Origin: an uncultured Planctomycetaceae bacterium
Lineage (GTDB): Bacteria; Planctomycetota; Planctomycetia; Planctomycetales; Planctomycetaceae
Assembly (NCBI GenBank): GCA_963813715.1
Contig: CAWFAK010000014.1
Location: 126,810-190,809 of the forward strand
Length of the DNA stretch: 64,000 bases
Direction: 5' to 3'
Made by a program: the position numbers and the translations under genes. The notes under the pieces are model-generated. The model was not told where the DNA came from. It searched no databases and saw nothing but the letters and a program-made list of their open reading frames with translations. Shown here piece by piece: positions 43,814 through 54,014 of this stretch; position 1 is the first letter of the stretch, and each line of letters opens with the position of its first letter.

Positions 43814-44384
43814 TCCAATCCTTCCGATTCGAGACGGGCTAAGCAGCGCCGACCTGCTCGGATTCCGACGGGCACTCGATGACCACGCAGAATCGCTCGA
43901 CATATTCGGGAACAGTCGATCAGGGACGGCTCGTTGGCGATCCCCACCTCCGCGGCCAGTTCGGCCAACATGGCCTCGACGGCGGCGCTGATCGGTCGCG
44001 ACCTCGCGCAAGCAGCGAGTCGAGGTGTTCGGGACTTGGTTCGGCTTTCGCGGCGAGCGGGTCGAACGTCAGCAGGATTTTGTTGGCCTCGGCTTCGTCG
44101 ACGTCGAGGATCAGCACGGGGACTAGCTGATCGGGGGCCGTTTCAGCCCGCAAATGTCCGTCCACGAGCTCGAGTCGGCCGTCGGGAAGCTCGCGAGCCA
44201 AAAGAGCATCGGCAAAGCCGATCTCCGCGAGCACACCGGCGAGCGCAGCTCGCTGCGAGGCCGGATGCAGCCGCCAGTTGCGTGGGTTGGGCAACAACTC
44301 GGAGGCACGGACACGTCGCAGTTCGCGAATCCGGTCGCGGAATTGTCGGGTTGGGCGCGTTCTGATCAGAGGCGTTTTCCGCAA
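43792..44384 (-). CDS. ParB/Srx-like N-terminal domain protein (frameshifted)
   Basis: LLPNPRNWRLHP..EIGFA..LVDGHLR. Confidence 0.8.
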
Positions 44385-44389
44385 GGCCT

Positions 44390-45951
44390 TCAGGGTTTGC
44401 GTTCGCGGCGATACTCATCGAGTCCGAAGTACGGGACGCGTTCCACCTGCACCTCGCGATTCGGCGCGCGGGCTTTCGCCACACGGTGTGCCTCGCACAC
44501 GTCGGCTGCGAAGATCATCTCGGTGCGGCGAGTGCGGACTTCGCGTCGCACGCGCCAACGACCGACCCTGGCGAACCTTTTCATTCGATATGCGGGCATG
44601 ACCAGACCGACGAGAACATGACTGGGACCGACCAGCGGGAGAACCGATCAGAAGTCTTCGTCTGCGGGGTTATCGCCTTCCACTGGCAAGTGCCTCGATT
44701 TCACAAGGGGCATTCTGCGCGGCTTCGTGCGCTTCGACGCGCTTGGCCGACTCTTCCGGGCTCCACTCTGCGAATCTGTTCGCACGCCTGGCGAATCTCT
44801 TCTGGCGACGGCATGAATGTCACGCGCGCTCGTGGTTTCCGCGGCGGCACTTCGCGCTCACTGCGATCGACTTCCTGGTTCCGTCCGACGCGCGACGTCG
44901 ACATAGCGGTGCTGCTCCTTCTGGGATCCGAGAGAAAAGTAGACGTGGGCATCTTTCAGTTGCCCGTCGGCGGGGCGGGCAGGCTGACGTCGTAACCCGC
45001 GTTGGAAAGCGCGACGACGACCGACGTGGCCGCCGTTTGCGCCGCAGCCTGGTCGGCCGTCAGTTGGGTTTGGGCTGCCGTGACGGCTGCCTGCGCGTTC
45101 GTGGTGGCGGCTTGGGCCGTCTGCAATGCCGTCGTGTCCGTATCAACCGTTTGCTCGGCCGATTGCAGCGCCAACAGGGCGACAATGATGGGGTCCGTCG
45201 AAATCGTGCTCACGCCAAACTCCTTTGAAAAACGAACGTGGTTTACTCGGGGCAGGGCGCCGCACGTCGCGCGCGTCTTGGTAGGTCACAAACTTGTTGC
45301 CGAAGTCCCAGGGAGCGCAGGCGTCTTCCACGTCGACGTCACCCGAGAAGCCTTCCGACGAGCAGTAGTCCCAGTAAGGGATTGCCGCCGGCCGTGGGTG
45401 ATCGGCGGCGATCGCCACGCGTCGGGCGCGATACCAGTCGAGAGTCATGAGCGGACGTCCGCTGAACGCGAATGCGCGGCGGTCGAGCGTCTCCCAGACG
45501 CCGCGATTGATGCGGAGCGCGGGAGGTGGAAACGGACAGAGAGTGGCGTCTCGTCGGCCGTCACGTACACGATGCGAAAATAGGCACCGATCTTGGCGGC
45601 CAACGCGTTCAGTTCCTTTCCGCGCGTTTCGAGCTCCTTTTTCTGTGACCGCGTCAGCCGGATTGTCGGATTGGGCCGCGTCCAGTTGCGTGTGAGCTCA
45701 CTGCGGAGCATCTGCGACTGCGGTCCGTCGTCGAGCGCGATGGCGAGTGTGGGTTTTGCGCGTCTGCTGCTGACGCTCTGACAGCGCGAACCGCCAGCGC
45801 CAGGCAAGTTATTGCGTGCACGAGGCGACCGATCTGATGGGCCGAATGCATCAATCCCAGTCCTTTTCCGACCACCACGCCCACAGCGCCACGCCAATCA
45901 GGCCGAGCCACACGGCCGCGAGGGAGACGGCGATCGTCAGGAGGCCAGCCA
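44390..45951 (-). CDS. Cluster of small hypothetical genes
   Basis: Coupled short ORFs 44390-44599, 44701-44952, 44956-45213 (Ala/Thr/Gln coiled coil), 45143-45448, and a 33-aa TM peptide from ~45951. Confidence 0.35.
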
Positions 45952-45953
45952 TG

Positions 45954-46990
45954 TCACCAATTCACCGACGTACCGATCGAACCGCCGATCAGTGGGAACC
46001 CGAACAGGCTGAGTTGTGCCGCATGCGTCGCGGGGCTGAACGTCACTCCGGAGCTCGGACGGCCCTGATAGGCGATCGGCGCTGCGTAGGTGTAGGTGTA
46101 GACCGGCTCGCTGTAAGTCACCGAAGTGACGATCGGCTCGGATTCGAGTTCGTGGGGGTGTAGCTCGGGCTGCCCCAGTTCGAGAGCGCCGTTTGCCGAA
46201 GTCACATTGGGCGTCAAGCAGTTTGGAGCGAACAGGGGCGTGCCGCAGTTGGCGAGCGCCGGGGCGGAGTAGAGCGGGGCGTCGTACCGAAGAGGCGAGA
46301 TATAGGCTGGTGCTTCTGCGGTGCCGCTCCGCGACCATTTCTTGGCCGATAGGATGCCGGCCGGCGATTCGCGCCAATTCGTCCGGCGTGCCACCATATC
46401 CAGTGATCCGCGGAGGCTGCTCGATGCCGTCGACGAAGTACACGGTCTGCGGCGTTGAAGGCACGCTCCGCTTTTGGAAGTCGGCCAGCGTCAACAGTTC
46501 GACCAGTTTGAAGTGATTGCGGTCACTGACCCCGCATTTCCAACCGGCCTTTCTCAGGTCCCGAATCTCCGTCGCGCACGGAACGCATCCCGGTTGGCAG
46601 TAGATGATGGCGCCGCTCCAATGCGGCGAGACGTCAGGGCTCGACTCCGAAGTTACGGCGGCAACCGTGTCCGCATCTTCGGCCGGCGGAGCAGGGGGAG
46701 GATTTTCGCCTGTGCCGATTGCGGAACGTTCGGCATTCTTCGCTCGTCGGCATCGTGACTCGAACGGTGCGACGGTTCAGCAAGATCGACGGTGGGAGGG
46801 CCTCCCATGATCGGCGGGCGGGCGAGGGCGGCGACAGTTTCTCTTTCGTCGGGCGATGAACTTACGACGGCCGTCGGCACTTGACGGAAATCGGCCCACG
46901 GATTCGCGGGTTCCGTCGTCGGAGCGCATCCGGTCAGGCGCATCCGCTCAGGGAAATCGCCAGCGTGCCGGCGAGGGCGAGCAGCCGTGG
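45954..46990 (-). CDS. Exported/lipoprotein-like thioredoxin-fold protein (frameshifted)
   Basis: IIYCQPGCVPCATEI (CxxC) in frame with STPQTVYFVDG (cis-Pro loop); Pro-rich N-part and Tyr/Thr-rich tail. Confidence 0.55.
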
Positions 46991-46997
46991 GCCGCTG

Positions 46998-47889
46998 CTA
47001 GAGGGTCGCAAGATGCACATCACGCGTAGTCCCAATTGAGGCAGTACTGGAATTGTCAAACGAGGCCAGGCTGCTCATGCCGATGATTTCTACTTCGCTG
47101 TGCGAAATGTTTTTGCAGAGGTAGTCCCACGCGGCGGGCTGGATGAAGAAGAAGCCTTGGGCACCCCAACCGTCGCTGCCCCAGGAGTTCTGGCCGATGA
47201 GCCAAGCGCGGCCATCGCCGGCGGGTTGCTGGATCGTGGCTGGGCTTGAGGTACCCGATGACCGCCAAGGCATGGCCGCCTTCGGGATTTCGCGCATCCT
47301 TTTGGACCATCTGTGCCGTGAGCGGACCCGAACAGTTTTGGAACTGGTCGCCGACTGGGATGCCGATCTGAATCACGCCGGCCGTGCCGAGGTATTGAAT
47401 GGCCGTCTGGTAGTCGTGGATGACCGAATGCGAGGCGACGAGGTGCAGCTTTGCCTTCGGCCGTCAGCGGCCGCCGGGATTGTGTCAGTGTATTGGCCGG
47501 CGGCCATCGCCGAGCCGTGTAAGGAAAGAGCGACTCTTCGCAGACGCCTTCTTTGCCGGCGGCCGCGACGCTGCCGGCGATGGTTGCGCCGTTGTCGCCG
47601 CCGGTGCAGCCGCACTCCTGCTGGTTCGTGAGGTAGCAAAACATGGCAGAGAGAGCGGGCCCCTTGGCACCGGTCGCCAGATAGTTGAGACGCTCTTCGA
47701 GGCTCGAGCGACTGAAGCCGCGAGCACGAGCCGAGCTGCCCCTGGTCCTTGATCGCCTGGCTCACGCGTCCGTCGATTTCGTCGGGGATGCGATACGCCA
47801 TAAAGTGCGAGCGATCGAATCGCTCGCTGGTTGGCGACGAACCAGGCGTGATTCTCTTGCTGGCGATTCCAGCCCAGACCGCGTTGCAT
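46998..47889 (-). CDS. Papain-like C1 cysteine peptidase (frameshifted)
   Basis: DQGQLGSC (Cys), GGHALAVIGY (His), QNSWGSDGWG (Asn) recovered across frames. Confidence 0.8.
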
Positions 47890-47992
47890 CAACTCGGTCT
47901 CCGTTCGTTGGAAGCTCAGCTTTGAATGCGGATCGTTGCGGGACATGGCGTTGCGATGCACGTCACTGATGGTGTCGAGCTGTGTTTTCAGG

Positions 47993-49843
47993 TCACGGCC
48001 GCTGGCGGAGCCGGATTGGAAGTTGCTGCGGTGCCGTAATTTTGCCGTTGCTGAGAAGACTGAGTGCAGACTTGCAGCGCCGCGATTTGCGCTTGCGATT
48101 GCTGCTGATAGCTGGCCAACTGCTGAGAGATGTTGCGTCAGGTCGCTCTTGGTCGCCGCGTTGGGATCGACCTTCGACAGCCAGGCGAACGACTTTGAGA
48201 GCGATTGCAGCGGCCAAACCAGCGCGGCGGCCGGACGAGCTGCCCTGTGCGAGCATGTCGTAGAGAACGATGCCGAAATAGACGACGATGGCGGTTGTTA
48301 AAAGCTGTCCCATGTTCGTCCCTTGTCGGTCGTCCACTAAGTCGGAGCGGGTCGTTCGTTCGCATTGCGCTCATGTGGACAGATTGCGACTTGCATTGCG
48401 TGGCAATCTTGCGACAGGCGGCTGCCACGCCCTGTTCGTTGAAAGCGATCGGGCTTTCCGTCTGGTTCTGATCAGTCGCGTCGGTGAGCGGCTTGCTGAC
48501 GCCGGCGAACGACTTGCTCCGCACGGCATCGCAAGCGGACGACAGCCAGTCATGCAGATCCTTCGCAGCCGTCGGGCCGCCGTACTTGTGCACGAGAACG
48601 TCCTTTTCCGCTTGCAGATGAATCTGCTTGAACTGCTCACCGTAGTCGGCGGCGTCTTTGTCGACAGTCGGTTTGCAACATCGGGACGATGCTGACCCAC
48701 GTTCGGGAGCGTGAGCTTCCCTTCCTGATGCGCGATCACAGCGGCAAAGCCGCCTACGATGACAAGCGTCGCCGAGCAATTTGCTCATTGCGCCTCCCTC
48801 GACGAAGGCGAGAGAGACTGCGGATTGAGCTCGTTTCGGCCGCGGCCGCCGCCTCGCTTCGCCCACTGCTGCACCTGTGCGTTGAAGGCATCGGCCGACG
48901 CTCCGTATCGTGCCGCTCGCGAACTGACGTGGTCAGGCTCGCAGAACAAAACCTTGATGATCGCGGCGATGATCGGCTCCAAGATGGTAGAGAAAGCGGC
49001 CGTCGGCGGGCAGACGACGCCGAGCACGGCGGTGATGATCGTCGGCCAAGAGCGTCGACGGATCGATGGCCGTTGCATGCGGACGCCGATGGTTGCAGAT
49101 CCGAGTCAGATGCTGCGAACCCAGCGCGGGCGAAAGTGTCTCGGATGTGCTGGGCCAAGCAATTCGATGGTGCGGATCGGGCCGTTGCTAGGCGTGGGCA
49201 GCGCTCGTGGCAATCTCCCAGCGAGCGTTGTGGATTGCCATGATCAACTGCGGCGAGTCGAGCAGCGGTTTGATCGGCGGCGTAGGTCTGCGACCAATCG
49301 ACCGGCATCTGTTTGCGCGGCGATCGCCTGAATGCCCGCGTCGTGAATGCGGTTGAACAGCGATTGAGGATCGCTGCCGTTGCCCAACAGACCCGCGCAG
49401 TTCCACAGCGGACCCCACGGTCGGCATGAGGCCGAAGAAGGCCGCGTTTTGCCGGCAATACGCTTAGCGTTGGCGGCAGCGCAGCTCGGCGTAGGTCACG
49501 TCTGCTCCTGCAGCGGCCGCAACGGGTTTGACGACGGCGCCGCATGAATCTCGTCGATCTTCCGCGGCATCGCTTGCGAAGTTGCGGAGCGATGCCGCCA
49601 GTCGCGATCCACGCCGCATCTCGACGCCGAGTGGCTCGCGCCCCTGAGACGAGCAACTGCGGAACGACCAGGCCGAGGACGATCGCCACAGCCCAGCGCA
49701 CAAGCGAGCGGCTGCACGACGATGTTCACGTCCTCGGCCGTCGAAAAGGCGTCGAAGCGCCAGAGGGCCCATAGCGCGATTCCGACGCAAGCGAGTGACG
49801 CGAGCGCGAGAACGAGGCTTTGCTTTTGCAGTGTGTCAGTCAT
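47993..49843 (-). CDS. Cluster of small membrane/exported proteins, holin-like candidates (frameshifted)
   Basis: TM-bearing fragments: MTDTLQKQSLVLALASLACVGIALW, IITAVLGVV..ILEPIIAAIIKVLF, MGQLLTTAIVVYFGIVLY. Confidence 0.35.
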
Positions 49844-50109
49844 TGCGTTTTCAGTGGTCGATTCTTTTCACTGAGCGCCAATGCGCGGCCGATCACGGCT
49901 TCGGCGACCTTCGCCGAACAGATTTGCCGCACGTTCGTTCCCGTTCGCTTGGGATCGACGCGTGCCCAGTGACCGTCGCGGTCGCGGCTCGGTTCGATGC
50001 TCCAGATCGAGTACGACAGTGGGTTTTCGTACCGGTCTCGCGTGACCAGAATTTGCTTGCGACGCTGCCACTTGGCCGGCCGGCATTCACTGCGATGTCT
50101 CCCTGTTGC

Positions 50110-50321
50110 TCATGCGGCGGCTGGCGGCTCGGGTGTGTCGGATACGTCGCTCAAACCTGGTTGACTCCGGATCGCGTCGTAAATCTCCTGGCGATGCACG
50201 GTGACGTGGTCTGGCGCCGTTATGCCGAGCCGGCAATGGCCTTTCCTGCAGGCGACAACCGTCACCACGATGTCTCGCCGATCACGATTTGTTCGTTCGT
50301 TCGTCGCCCGAGGATCAGCAT
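50110..50321 (-). CDS. csrA: Carbon storage regulator CsrA homolog (1-bp frameshift near 50275)
   Basis: MLILGRRTNEQIVIG / DIVVTVVACRKGHCRLGITAPDHVTVHRQEIYDAI; GAAAGGA RBS. Confidence 0.85.
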
Positions 50322-50407
50322 CCGTGTTTCCTTTCAGTTGCGTTGTTTGCGATGCGTCCAAATCCAGCTCAGCGCCGAGCGAGGTCAGCCAGACGCCAAC
50401 CAGGTGG

Positions 50408-50800
50408 TCAACGTTTGCCCTTTGGCCGTGATTCGTTTGCCGAAGCGGAAGAACTTGTCCGCGGACAGTCGGATTTGCGTTGCAGTTCAGCGAGCAGATC
50501 GTTCTTCACGCCTTGCGTCGTCAGTTCCGAAACGCGATTGATTCCTTCCGCGAGCCGTCCCAGGTGTGCCCGCAGGTCGTTGTCGTGTTGGATGTGGAAG
50601 AGCCGCAGGTCGGTCTTCGCGCTCGACACGCAGTCTTGCGTGTGAGCGATCGCGCCGAGCACTTGCACAAAGGCCGAATGCCCAAACAGGTAGAGGGCCA
50701 AGAATCCGATCCCCCAGGGAACGGGCAGGGTCCCGAGCAACATGAGGGCGCCATCGCCGATGACGATGACCAGCGTCAGGTGCACAGAAAAGTGCCGCCT
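50408..50800 (-). CDS. Membrane protein with coiled-coil tail
   Basis: Two TM segments then helical C-terminus. Confidence 0.35.
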   Translation of the reverse strand, partial: RRHFSVHLTLVIVIGDGALMLLGTLPVPWGIGFLALYLFGHSAFVQVLGAIAHTQDCVSSAKTDLRLFHIQHDNDLRAHLGRLAEGINRVSELTTQGVKNDLLAELQRKSDCPRTSSSASANESRPKGKR

Positions 50801-50867
50801 AAGCGACTTAACACGCCGTCGTGATCGTTCACGGTTTTGATCTTTCGTCGTTGCGTCGGTTCTTCGC

Positions 50868-51209
50868 TCAGTCGTCACCGACAGTTGAGCCCGGGCCACA
50901 AGTGGGCTCGGTCGGCCATTGCGGATGACTGGGCTTGGTGCCAAATCCGGCCGTGACCTTCAGGCACGTAATGCACAGCCCCTGATGCGCGACCTTCTGA
51001 TCGAGCACACGCAGTTCACTCCGCAGTTCGCGGCGGTCGCGCTGCGAGTCCTCTTTAAAGCCTCGAAATGCCTCCACGATTTGGTCCAACTTCACTTCCG
51101 AACGGTTGACCAGTCGGTCGATCCGCTGGAACCAAAGCGCGAAGGGGATGCACAGCGTGACCGCGACGCCGCCGCACGTGCCGATCGCGATCCAAGTTTC
51201 GGCGGTCAC
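50868..51209 (-). CDS. Holin-like single-TM + coiled-coil protein
   Basis: N-terminal TM, charged helical C-terminus; first gene after leader terminators. Confidence 0.45.
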   Translation of the reverse strand: MTAETWIAIGTCGGVAVTLCIPFALWFQRIDRLVNRSEVKLDQIVEAFRGFKEDSQRDRRELRSELRVLDQKVAHQGLCITCLKVTAGFGTKPSHPQWPTEPTCGPGSTVGDD

Positions 51210-51229
51210 GGGAGCGTCGCTTTGCGCAT

Positions 51230-51328
51230 AAAAGGAGCCCGTCCCAAGGATGTCCCCGGACTGGGCAGAGCAGCAAAAAGAAACGAGCGATCGCCCAGCA
51301 CAGGGTTGTGCAGACGATGGCTCGCGTT
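51230..51328 (-). terminator. Two tandem intrinsic terminator-like hairpins
   Basis: Hairpin+TTTCTTTTT (51275-51328) and hairpin+CCTTTT (51230-51266) on minus strand. Confidence 0.5.
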
Positions 51329-51466
51329 AAGCGACTTGTGACCCTCTACGGGTCTCCATCGGTATTCAGTTGTTGTCTAAACCTATCTTTGTCGACTTGT
51401 CCGATTCATTCAAGATCAGTTTCTTGTCAAAAATAGTCTCTCCGGGTTCGCACTTCGATCAATGAC

Positions 51467-51706
51467 TCATTGCCCAACGGCATTGCTCTGCCGCTGCAAC
51501 CGCTTATTGCAGACGCGGCAGTGCTTGTTCGTGTCCTGCTCGCTGACTGGTGCGTCCTTGTTCCGAACCTTGCGAACTTCGTAAGCATCGGTTTCGATCT
51601 CAAGCCTGACGGATTTGCCCGTACAATTGCGGATCCTCGCTCCTCGAAAATGGAACGCTTCGCCAGCCAGCAAATTGACGACTTGGTGGAAGACATCCAT
51701 CTCCAA
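51467..51706 (-). CDS. Small protein, possibly divergent CsrA-like fold plus CxxC
   Basis: GAAGGAG RBS; L..GE....I...GKSVRLEIE pattern; CRVC. Confidence 0.45.
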   Translation of the reverse strand: MEMDVFHQVVNLLAGEAFHFRGARIRNCTGKSVRLEIETDAYEVRKVRNKDAPVSEQDTNKHCRVCNKRLQRQSNAVGQ

Positions 51707-51805
51707 GCTCCTTCCCTCTCGATTCGCACGAATTCAATGTCCGTCTTGGGGAACGGCGAGGACCTTCGAGAGCAGGCCAACTGGCTCGGCGCAGCGCTCG
51801 ACGTG

Positions 51806-52318
51806 CTATTTATCCTCTTGAGCGAAGTATTTTGTCAGCCGGTTCGTGGGTGCATACATCGTCGGGCACTGACGGAAGAGCGAGTAGCGCATCAGGATGC
51901 CGTCACGCCTGCCGCGGAAGTGGTTTCGCACAACCGAGACGGCGACGAATCCGTGTTGATGCAACGCGACGAGTTCGGGCACCTGGCATTCGTGAACGAG
52001 GATCTCTGCGCACGAGCGTGATCGGTTGAGCTTGTTGCGAATGGCGGTAACCACGAGCTCCAGCGTGGCGGCACGATGCTCGCCCGGGCCGATCATCAGA
52101 CGCTCGACGTGGACCGTCGTGCGCTCAAGCCGACACGCGAGCGTGCCAACGACGTCGTCAGCGACGAAAGCCACCTGGACGATCTGGTTGCGGGCCCGGA
52201 GAAACTCGCGATAGGCGTCTTCGGTCCAAGGATCGGCCGCCTGCTCGAAATCGAGCCGTGCGACAGCCGGAAAATCTTCGCTGAGCAACCAGCGGATTTG
52301 AGGTCTGAGGCGACTCAT
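51806..52318 (-). CDS. RimI-like GNAT N-acetyltransferase
   Basis: IRWLLSEDFPAVARLD..PWTE..GFVAVSVVRNHF..DGILMRY; GAGGAG RBS. Confidence 0.75.
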   Translation of the reverse strand: MSRLRPQIRWLLSEDFPAVARLDFEQAADPWTEDAYREFLRARNQIVQVAFVADDVVGTLACRLERTTVHVERLMIGPGEHRAATLELVVTAIRNKLNRSRSCAEILVHECQVPELVALHQHGFVAVSVVRNHFRGRRDGILMRYSLFRQCPTMYAPTNRLTKYFAQEDK

Positions 52319-52358
52319 TCTTGCTCCTCGTGGCTGAGTTGGCGTTCGCAATCCTGCA

Positions 52359-52628
52359 TTACACGCGACGTTGGTAAGCGAGGTTGGGACTTGAATCTGT
52401 CGCGAACGCCTCGAAGGGAGCCTCCAACCGCTCTCCAGGCTGCAGCTCTTGCCCGACCAGGAAGAGGGCAACGCTTCGGGGCAGATAGATGCTTGCGGGA
52501 CGGCCCGGATTGCCGCTCGTGCCGATGTCGCTGTACCACTCACCGCGTTTATCGGCCGGCTCGGATGTGAAGAGTTGATGACACTTGTCGCCGCATCGAT
52601 CACGACAGATCCCAAAACTGCGTTTCAT
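52359..52628 (-). CDS. Hypothetical protein
   Basis: GGAAGG RBS before ATG; 89 aa. Confidence 0.35.
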   Translation of the reverse strand: MKRSFGICRDRCGDKCHQLFTSEPADKRGEWYSDIGTSGNPGRPASIYLPRSVALFLVGQELQPGERLEAPFEAFATDSSPNLAYQRRV

Positions 52629-52840
52629 GCGCGCACCTTCCTCGCAGAGAAGTTCCGTAGTTTTTCGGAAGAACTCGCCAAGGCCGACTTCGGCGAGTCT
52701 CAATGCACAGGCCGACTGCGTTGGCGTCGCACTCGATCGATCAGCGCAAGCCAGCGTGCGCAGCCGAGCGTTCGACGTGGAACGCGATCGGCCACTCACC
52801 TGCGGCGACTGCCGGTCGTTTCTGCGTGCTCATGTTGGCC

Positions 52841-52868
52841 ACTGTAACCGCGTCGATTTTTGCGTCAA
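52841..52868 (-). promoter_or_regulatory. sigma70-like promoter at right end of element
   Basis: TTGACG-N16-TACAGT with an ATG 7 nt downstream. Confidence 0.45.
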
Positions 52869-53013
52869 CGACCCTTGGTCGTCCTTCGCTGATTTCAATC
52901 GAGGCGTACTGCGACGGTGTGGTTGCCGTGTTGCGCGGGTGTTGCGCTGCTGTCGATTTTGGCCTTTTTTGAGACTTTTTTGGGATGCTTCGCTCGCGCG
53001 ACTGTGAGCGCAA

Positions 53014-53037
53014 CAAAAAAGCCCCGCCGAAGCGGGG
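53014..53037 (-). terminator. Rho-independent terminator of secretin-BON operon
   Basis: GCCCCGC-TTCG-GCGGGGC followed by T-run. Confidence 0.85.
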
Positions 53038-53083
53038 CCGGTCAATCACTCGAGCAAATTCTTGGTCGCGTTCGGCAAGCGGG

Positions 53084-53896
53084 CTAACGCGGCGGGTTGG
53101 CGGCCGGTGTGGCGACCGTCAGTTCATTGCGCACTGAGGAGACGGAAGGTTCGAGCATCGCCATTTGGGCAGCCAAGAGGCGATCGTTGTCGGAGCTCAC
53201 GGTACCGCGCAACGTAACCGTATCGCCCTGGACGCTCACGTTCACGGTGCCAAAGCGACCGGACAACCCGGGCGAACGCCATGGCGCTGAGATGCTCGCC
53301 TGAACCACGGCGGCTTGAGGCTGCGGCACTGCGAATCCAACATCGATTCGCGGCTCGAAATAAGTCTGAGCGCTGCCGGCCGTGCCCGTATTGCCGCCCG
53401 GCTGCCCCTGATTTTGCGACTGCCCGGTACCGCCGCGGCGCGAACCACCTTGTCGTCCTTGGCCACCGCCGTTCTGGCCATACTGGCTGGACGAGCGGTT
53501 TCCGTACTGTGACGAGTTGTTCGAGCCGGTTCTACCGGCGGCATTGGCACCTCCGTAACCGGTGCCCCCGTACATTCCTCCTCCGGACATTCCGACCATG
53601 CCGCTGGCCGTCCCAGTCGACGAACTTCCCGTGCCGCCGAGAGCGCCGTTGCCGAACTGGAATCCTCCGCTCGAGCCACCACTGCCGAAGTTGCTTCCCG
53701 AGGATCCGAACATGCTCCCGGAGGATCCGAACGCGCTCCCCGACGATCCAAAGGTGCCCCCTCCTCCCCCGCCGCCGCCTCCTCCCCCGCCGCCTCCTCC
53801 CCCGCCGCTGTAGCCAGAAATCTGCGAAAAGGCGGATCCTTGCCCATACACTGTAACCAGCAGGGCACCCAATGCGATTGAAACGAGCCGATTCAT
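53084..53896 (-). CDS. BON-domain secreted protein with Gly/Ser-rich N-region
   Basis: Signal peptide; VSVQGDTVTLRGTV..EPSVSSVRNELTV. Confidence 0.85.
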   Translation of the reverse strand: MNRLVSIALGALLVTVYGQGSAFSQISGYSGGGGGGGGGGGGGGGGGTFGSSGSAFGSSGSMFGSSGSNFGSGGSSGGFQFGNGALGGTGSSSTGTASGMVGMSGGGMYGGTGYGGANAAGRTGSNNSSQYGNRSSSQYGQNGGGQGRQGGSRRGGTGQSQNQGQPGGNTGTAGSAQTYFEPRIDVGFAVPQPQAAVVQASISAPWRSPGLSGRFGTVNVSVQGDTVTLRGTVSSDNDRLLAAQMAMLEPSVSSVRNELTVATPAANPPR

Positions 53897-54014
53897 GACG
53901 CTCCCCCCCGCGATGCTCCAGGTTTAGCGGACTGCGAAGTGCATTCGCGGCATTCCTGACGCCGTCATTCTAGCTCGTTCCTTCGCCGTTTCCTACCGCG
54001 ATGGTGGGGTTTAG

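Larger units (their letters stand above)
6092..52868. mobile_element. Siphovirus-like prophage / GTA-like element (boundaries approximate)
   Basis: Colinear terminase-portal-protease-capsid-connector-tube-chaperone-tape measure-hub genes on minus strand; bounded by host genes; no integrase or att site found. Confidence 0.85.

Noticed and set aside
5951..52858. 11-bp direct repeat CCGCGTCGATT at 5951-5961 and 52848-52858 as attL/attR
   Set aside because: Short, GC-rich and plausible by chance; the right copy sits inside a promoter spacer; no tRNA or integrase supports it
53690..53810. GGA/GGC tandem repeats in the BON gene
   Set aside because: Encode an ordinary poly-Gly / GSSGS low-complexity linker
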